Origin: an uncultured virus (IMG/VR IMGVR_UViG_3300004093_000014)
Lineage: Duplodnaviria > Heunggongvirae > Uroviricota > Caudoviricetes
IMG/VR virus record: IMGVR_UViG_3300004093_000014
DNA length: 20,000 nt
Direction: 5' to 3' (one strand)
The position numbers were made by a program, and so were the translations under genes. The notes below the pieces were generated by a model, which was not told where the DNA came from, searched no databases, and worked only from the letters and a program-made list of their open reading frames with translations. This document shows positions 15,006 through 20,000 of this stretch, in pieces. Within the stretch, counting starts at the first letter, position 1. Each line of letters opens with the position of its first letter.

Positions 15006-15232
15006 CTTCCCCCGCCCCCGATACCGGCCGGACGGCCGCTAGCATCCCCGAGCGCGCTGCTATGCTCTCTCGGGAACACCTGATCCTGCAGATCGGCAAG
15101 GTCATCCAGGATGAGATCCTAGGAGGCTCGGCCTCCGGCAATGTCAGCATGGTCGCCAGGCGCACGGCCGAGCGGATCTTGGACGGCCCCTTCGCTGGCT
15201 GGTCCGCAACTGCGCTGGAGTCCTCGCGATGA
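15002..15232 (+). CDS. Hypothetical phage protein
   Basis: ATGA-coupled; shares N-terminal PD.GRTA and A..IL.GP.A with the next ORF. Confidence 0.65.
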   Translation: MTSPAPDTGRTAASIPERAAMLSREHLILQIGKVIQDEILGGSASGNVSMVARRTAERILDGPFAGWSATALESSR

Positions 15233-15999
15233 ATGGGCCCGATGCCGGCCGGACGGCCGAGGAGATGCGGGAGCAGGTTGCCCGCTTCTGGTGGGATCGG
15301 GTCTGCCCGACCTCCTATGTCGGCCGGTGGAATGAAGCAAAGGAGCACTCAGGCTTCTTCAAGCAACTCGTCAGCGAGACCTACGAGGATGCCGACGCGA
15401 TCCTCTCCGGCCCGCTTGCCCCGATCCTCCAAGAAGCCGCCCACCTCCGCGCCGAGAACGCCAACCTCCGGGATAGGGTGAGGGAAGCAGAGGGAGCAGG
15501 GCGCGACCCTTACGGGTCAGGCTCTCGTCCTTCGGATCAGGCTGCTTCGCATCCTGCCCCTGCGGGCTTCGATCCTTCGCGCTGGGAGCTTAGCGAGGAA
15601 GCGCGCGCCTTCATTCGAGAGATAGATCTAGCGACGGTCCGGCCGGGCGACCCGCGCCTGAGCCAAACCCTTATCGGCCCTGCCGGCCCCGCTGTCGGGC
15701 TGGACGGCTACGGCTCTCAGGCCCGGCCACTCGCGCCGTCCTACGATCCGCCACGCTGCACGGCCACGGGCAACCCCTGCGGGACGGACACGTGCATCGT
15801 CGGGCATGAGTGCCCCGACAGCCGCTGGGGCGGCCGGTGTGCGCACCGCATCGCCAAGCGAGTGGCCGCATTAGGGATCGAAGCCCGTCAGGGCCGAGAC
15901 GAAGGCTCGGCTTGCGAGAGCCCGACCCCGCAAGGGGGGATGCCCATCCCTCTCCCCGACTCCCGATCCGAGAATACAGGAGGACGAGGTGCCCCGTAG
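15229..15999 (+). CDS. Mosaic phage protein containing three multi-hairpin elements
   Basis: Open frame through copies C, D and E; coiled-coil LRAENANLRDRVRE; Cys-rich module CTATGNPCGTDTCIVGHEC. Confidence 0.65.
   Translation: MNGPDAGRTAEEMREQVARFWWDRVCPTSYVGRWNEAKEHSGFFKQLVSETYEDADAILSGPLAPILQEAAHLRAENANLRDRVREAEGAGRDPYGSGSRPSDQAASHPAPAGFDPSRWELSEEARAFIREIDLATVRPGDPRLSQTLIGPAGPAVGLDGYGSQARPLAPSYDPPRCTATGNPCGTDTCIVGHECPDSRWGGRCAHRIAKRVAALGIEARQGRDEGSACESPTPQGGMPIPLPDSRSENTGGRGAP
15499..15582 (-). repeat. Multi-hairpin intragenic element, copy C
   Basis: Minus strand GCGCGA AGGATCGAA GCCC-GCAG-GGGC AGGA TGC-GAA-GCA GCCTGA TCC-GAA-GGA CGAGAGCCTGA CCC-GTAA-GGG TCGCGC CC. Confidence 0.8.
15679..15750 (-). 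repeat. Multi-hairpin intragenic element, copy D (degenerate)
   Basis: Minus strand GGATCGTA GGACGGC...GCCGTCC AGCCCGA; keeps the GGATCG.AG and AGCCCGA blocks. Confidence 0.45.
15874..15945 (+). repeat. Multi-hairpin intragenic element, copy E
   Basis: GGGATCGAA GCCC-GTCA-GGGC CGAGAC GAA GGCTCG GCTT-GCGA-GAGC CCGA CCCC-GCAA-GGGG GGATGCCC. Confidence 0.8.
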
Positions 16000-16177
16000 A
16001 GGTGCGAGCGTCACTCAGGCCGACATCGCGCGCGCGGCGCGGGCACTGCGCTCGGCCGGCGTCGAGAAGGTGCGGATCGTGTTCCGGCCGGAGGGCGTCA
16101 GCGTCGAGGCCGACGACGGCCAACCCAGCGAGCGTGAAAATCGGCTTGCGCAGCGGACTCGGGTGATCGCCCTATGA
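15989..16177 (+). CDS. Probable excisionase / recombination directionality factor
   Basis: MPRRGASVTQADIARAARAL; small basic ORF coupled directly upstream of the integrase. Confidence 0.6.
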   Translation: MPRRGASVTQADIARAARALRSAGVEKVRIVFRPEGVSVEADDGQPSERENRLAQRTRVIAL

Positions 16178-17280
16178 ACGCCATGCCTCGCCCGCGCCCG
16201 CTCCACCTCCGCCACGAGACCACCCGCCACGGCGAGAAGGTCTGGTACGTCCGGCGCGGCGAAGGCCCGCGGATCCGGCTGCGGGAACCGTTCGGCAGCA
16301 AGGCGTTCTGGGCGGAGTACGAGAAGGCCGTCCGCGGTCATGCGCCGGACGCCGAGGCGCGCAAGGCGCAGACGACCGGCTCGCTGGGCTGGCTGATCGA
16401 CAGCTACATGGCGAGCGCCCAGTGGACGACCGAGCTGTCCGCCGCGACCAGGGCGCAGCGTGCCGGCATCCTGAAGGAGACGAAGAAGGCTGCCGGGCAC
16501 GAGGCCGCGGATAGCATCAACAAGCTCTCGATCCAGAAGGGCATGGACAAGCGGGCCGCGCAGCCCCACGGCGCCAACAACTGGCTGAAGACCATGCGGG
16601 GGCTGTTCGGCTGGGCGGTGGCGCTCGACATCGTGCCGGCGGATCCGACGCGGAGCGTGAAGCTCCTGGCCGGCGCCAACGACCGCAACGGTTTCCACAC
16701 GTGGACCGAGGAGGAGGTCGCCCAGTTCGAGGCCCGACACAAGGTCGGCACGCGCGAGCGGCTTGCGCTCGACATCCTGCTCTACACCGGCCTGCGACGC
16801 GGCGATGCCGCCCGCCTCGGGCGGCCGCATGTCCGCAACGGCCTCATCCGCATCATGACCGAGAAGACCGAGCAGGAGGTCACGATCCGGATCCTGCCGC
16901 CGCTGGCCGCATCCATCGCCGCCGCGCCGATCGGCGAGCTGACCTTCATCGCGACCGAGAAGGGGCGGCCGTACACGAAGGAGAGCTTCGGCAACTGGTT
17001 CCGGGACGTGTGCGCCGAGATGGGGCTACCGGGCCGAGCCCATGGGCTGCGCAAGGCCGGCGCGCGCCGAGCCGCCGAGAACGGCGCCACGGAGGCCGAG
17101 CTGAACGCCTGGTTCGGATGGGCGGAAGGTAGCCGGGAGAGCGCGACTTACGTGCGCGGAGCCAACAGAACGAAGCTGGCCGCACGCATTGCCGACCGCT
17201 ATTCTGAGACTTCTGACGCCGCACCACCTATCCCGGTGCGGCGGCGACAGGCAATTTCTTCAACGAAATCAGAGGCTTGA
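16174..17280 (+). CDS. int: Phage tyrosine integrase
   Basis: LLYTGLRRGD (R), TEKT (K), HGLRK (HxxR), FGW, SATY (Y); N-terminal TRHGEKVWYVRR arm-binding region. Confidence 0.95.
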   Translation: MNAMPRPRPLHLRHETTRHGEKVWYVRRGEGPRIRLREPFGSKAFWAEYEKAVRGHAPDAEARKAQTTGSLGWLIDSYMASAQWTTELSAATRAQRAGILKETKKAAGHEAADSINKLSIQKGMDKRAAQPHGANNWLKTMRGLFGWAVALDIVPADPTRSVKLLAGANDRNGFHTWTEEEVAQFEARHKVGTRERLALDILLYTGLRRGDAARLGRPHVRNGLIRIMTEKTEQEVTIRILPPLAASIAAAPIGELTFIATEKGRPYTKESFGNWFRDVCAEMGLPGRAHGLRKAGARRAAENGATEAELNAWFGWAEGSRESATYVRGANRTKLAARIADRYSETSDAAPPIPVRRRQAISSTKSEA

Positions 17281-17288
17281 TTTTGTGA

Positions 17289-17364
17289 TGGCTCCCCGAG
17301 CAGGACTCGAACCTGCGACAAGGCGATTAACAGTCGCCTGCTCTACCAACTGAGCTATCGGGGA
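17289..17364 (-). tRNA. tRNA-Asn (GTT)
   Basis: TCCCCGA TAGCTCAGTTGGTAGAGC AGGCGA CT GTT AA TCGCCT TGTC GCAGG TTCGAGT CCTGC TCGGGGA GCCA; 76 nt with encoded CCA. Confidence 0.98.
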
Positions 17365-17656
17365 TCACGAGGGGGTCTCTACACACCGGGATCGCGGGGC
17401 GCAAGGGCCTCGTTGCAGGATCCGCGTTCAAACCGACGCGCGGCGCCCTGCGCCACGGGGCAGGCGCCCTCCCCGGGGCGTTCGCGAGGCCCGGACTGTG
17501 ACTGATCGGCAACATTCGGGTCGACCCCATGCGTCGCTCCCGCCCGAGTCCGGCTGCGATCGCCTCGTTCGCGGGCGACGGAAGTCATCCGTCTGTCGTG
17601 ACAAGCCCCTACGCGAGCCACCTCGCCGGCGCGCCGGTGTGAAGACCCTGACACCC

Positions 17657-17893
17657 ATGCTGACCCATCGCTGCCTCGACCCGCAGGACCCCTACGCCGA
17701 GCGCGAGGTGCGCGTCGCCTTCGAGTGGGCCGCCGATCATCCCTGCCTGATCGCGGCCCTGGACGAGCACGAGGCCGATATCCTGCCCGACCTCGTCGAG
17801 GCGCAGCGCGACGATCTCCGTCGCGAGATCGTCGCCGCCTTTCTGCTGCCGGAGCCGCGCATCCCCGGCCGGGCCGAGATCCGGTTGCCCTGA
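17657..17893 (+). CDS. Small hypothetical host protein (78 aa)
   Basis: MLTHRCLDPQDPYAEREVRVAFEW...; strong GC3 bias from ATG 17657. Confidence 0.65.
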   Translation: MLTHRCLDPQDPYAEREVRVAFEWAADHPCLIAALDEHEADILPDLVEAQRDDLRREIVAAFLLPEPRIPGRAEIRLP

Positions 17894-18212
17894 TCGCCGA
17901 GCGGATGTGTCGCCGACGCTCGGGGCGCGGCGCTCCGGTGCGGTCCGCGCGAATTCAACCTCGCGCCCGTCCCAGAGCCAACTGTTGGCGCGCGCGAGAC
18001 CGCACTGACAGTCCCGCGCGGCACGAGATCTGGATCGGCGCGGCGTATTGATCCCGTATATCGTCCGAATATTCCGGTATTTTGTCGGCCATCTATGCGC
18101 TTTTGCGCAGTGTAATAGGGTCGAATTTGCCGGCTATATTCATTTTTCCGAAAAGATTGGCTTGGATATAGCTGCGGCAGCGCGATCCTCCGGTCACAGC
18201 GGCCCTCCTGCC

Positions 18213-19892
18213 ATGCGTATCTCACTCGGCCTGAAGCTCTCTGCGGTGATCGGGCTGCTCGCCCTTGTGGCGAGCGGCATCGCGGCCTTCGCGATTCGCC
18301 AATCGAACTGGGAGCAGGAGCGCGCGGCCGCCACGGACCGGATCTGGAACGCCGGCCTGCAGGCCGGCGCTCTGGGCCAGGCGATCGAGCACGCGGTGGT
18401 GCAGGCCACGGCCCTCTACACCGCGGACGACACGACCGAGGCGCGCACCCGCCTGTCGGCGCTCCACGACGCCCTCGCCACGGTGGAGCAGGTGCGGGGG
18501 CCTTTCCTGGAGGCCATGGAGGATCAACTTCCCGCCGACCGTCGGCGCCGGTTCGACCTCTTCGTCAAGGAATTCATCGCCTACCAGACCGATACCGCCG
18601 AACTCGGCCTCACGGTCTCGCCGAAGGCCGCCCTGATCCAGGCGACCGACGAGGCGACCGTGAAGAACCGCGAGCGCATGGTGGCCGAGATCGGCATTCT
18701 CGGGCGGGAGGTGCTGAGCCGCCTGAACGCCCGTCGCGCCGCGGACGCGGCCGACCGCCGCCGGTCGCGGATCACCCTGGTGGTCGTGCCGGCCGTCGCG
18801 CTGGCGCTCGGCCTGCTCGCGGCGATCTGGATCATCCTGACTCAGGTGCGGCGGCCGCTGCATCGGCTCAAGGACGGCATGACGGCGCTCGCCGCCAACG
18901 ATCTCGACCGCGCGATCCCGTTCACGCATCGCCGCGACGAGATCGGCGAGATGGCCGCCGCCATCGCGGCGTTCCGCACGGCGCTGATCGAGAAGCGCGA
19001 CCTCGACGCGGAGGCGCAGGCGCGCCGCGACCGCGACCGCAGCCGGGCCGAGGCCCTGGCCGCGGCGACGCGCGCCTTCGAGGCCGAGACGCATCGCGCC
19101 GTCACCGATCTCGCCGACTCGGCCGAGGCGATGCAGGCGGCGGCCGACACCCTCTCGGGCAATGCGGGCGCGATGACCGCCGAGGCGGCCGTCGTGGCCG
19201 GAGCGTCGGAACAGAGCGCGGGCCTCGTCGACAGCATCGCCAGCGCCGCCGAGGAACTCTCGGCCTCGGCGCGGGAGATCGAGGCGCGGGTCCGGCACAC
19301 GAGCGCGATCGCCACCTCCGCCCTCTCCGACACGCAGGGGCTCAAGGAGACGGTGATGAGCCTCTCGCAGGCGGCCGAGGAGATCGGCGCCGTGGTCACG
19401 CTGATCCGCGAGGTCGCCGAGCAGACGAACCTTCTCGCGCTCAACGCGACGATCGAGGCGGCCCGCGCGGGGGCTGCCGGGCGGGGCTTCGCGGTGGTCG
19501 CCGCGGAGGTGAAGGCGCTGGCCGGCCAGACGGCGCTCGCCACGGACCGCATCACCGGGCAGGTCGGGTCGATCCAGGGGGCCGCCGGGCGCACGGTCGG
19601 CGCCATCGGCACGATCGGCGAGACGATCGCCCGGATGAGCCTGATCGCGTCCGAGGTGGCCGACGCCACCGACCAGCAGGGCCGCGCCAGCCAGGAGATC
19701 GCCCGGGCGATCTCCGGCGCGGCTGCGGAGGCCCGGCATGTCTCGGAGAGCGTGGCCGGCGTTCAGGCCGCGGCCGCGTCCAACGAGGCGCAGGCCGGCC
19801 AGGTGCGCGGCAGTGCCGCCCGGGTCAATGCCGGGACGCACAGCCTGCAGCGGGCGATCGAGACCTTCATGGTGGAGGTCCACGGCGCCTGA
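18213..19892 (+). CDS. Methyl-accepting chemotaxis protein
   Basis: Start reassigned to MRISLGLKL. Two TM segments, HAMP (RRDEIGEMA), signalling hairpin [40 protein letters not shown]. Confidence 0.96.
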   Translation: MRISLGLKLSAVIGLLALVASGIAAFAIRQSNWEQERAAATDRIWNAGLQAGALGQAIEHAVVQATALYTADDTTEARTRLSALHDALATVEQVRGPFLEAMEDQLPADRRRRFDLFVKEFIAYQTDTAELGLTVSPKAALIQATDEATVKNRERMVAEIGILGREVLSRLNARRAADAADRRRSRITLVVVPAVALALGLLAAIWIILTQVRRPLHRLKDGMTALAANDLDRAIPFTHRRDEIGEMAAAIAAFRTALIEKRDLDAEAQARRDRDRSRAEALAAATRAFEAETHRAVTDLADSAEAMQAAADTLSGNAGAMTAEAAVVAGASEQSAGLVDSIASAAEELSASAREIEARVRHTSAIATSALSDTQGLKETVMSLSQAAEEIGAVVTLIREVAEQTNLLALNATIEAARAGAAGRGFAVVAAEVKALAGQTALATDRITGQVGSIQGAAGRTVGAIGTIGETIARMSLIASEVADATDQQGRASQEIARAISGAAAEARHVSESVAGVQAAAASNEAQAGQVRGSAARVNAGTHSLQRAIETFMVEVHGA

Positions 19893-19941
19893 GGGGCGCC
19901 GCATCGGCGCGGCGCGGCCGGTTCAGTCTGTCGGGGAAGGA

Positions 19942-20000
19942 TGGAGGCCTCGCCCGGAATCGAACCGGGGTGCAAGGATTTGCAGTCCTCTGCGTAACCA
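19942..20000 (-). tRNA. tRNA-Cys (GCA), 5' end outside window
   Basis: Minus strand ...TGGTTACGCA GAGGA CT GCA AA TCCTT GCAC CCCGG TTCGATT CCGGG CGAGGCC TCCA. Confidence 0.95.

Larger units (their letters stand above)
1..17330. mobile_element. Temperate prophage (early/immunity/integration half), integrated at tRNA-Asn; continues left of the window
   Basis: cI/cro switch, RusA, Sak4/SSB/Cas4-like module, dense ATGA-overlapping small ORFs, and an integrase ending 8 nt from the 3' end of an intact tRNA. The right boundary is approximate because the att core is presumed to be the tRNA 3' part. Confidence 0.95.

Noticed and set aside
18222..19904. 560-aa minus-strand ORF
   Set aside because: Antisense shadow of the MCP gene.

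Overview
GC-rich alphaproteobacterial DNA, probably Methylobacterium-like (an inference from the host MCP and gene style). Bases 1 to about 17290 are the early/immunity half of a lambdoid-type prophage integrated at tRNA-Asn(GTT). The minus-strand cro operon carries RusA, a Sak4-like ATPase, a DUF669 SSB-like protein, a Cas4-like nuclease and three different HNH endonuclease genes. A cI/cro switch has five recognisable 14-bp operators. The long plus-strand early operon carries many small overlapping ORFs, a dCMP deaminase, a PAPS-reductase/PP-loop-like enzyme, DUF4326, an antisense solo tnpB with intact catalytic motifs, mosaic proteins, a Xis-like gene and a tyrosine integrase. Host DNA follows: tRNA-Asn, a small ORF, a methyl-accepting chemotaxis protein and a partial tRNA-Cys. 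The most unusual signals are (i) a family of about five 70-85 nt multi-hairpin elements sitting in frame, in both orientations, inside phage genes just upstream of xis/int, (ii) a TnpA-less tnpB with its own leaderless promoter, flanked by an 8-bp direct repeat whose removal restores a phage ORF, and (iii) a pseudoknot-capable 100-nt element abutting the RBS of the HNH-AP2/Sak4 module. All calls are from manual motif recognition; no database searches were run.
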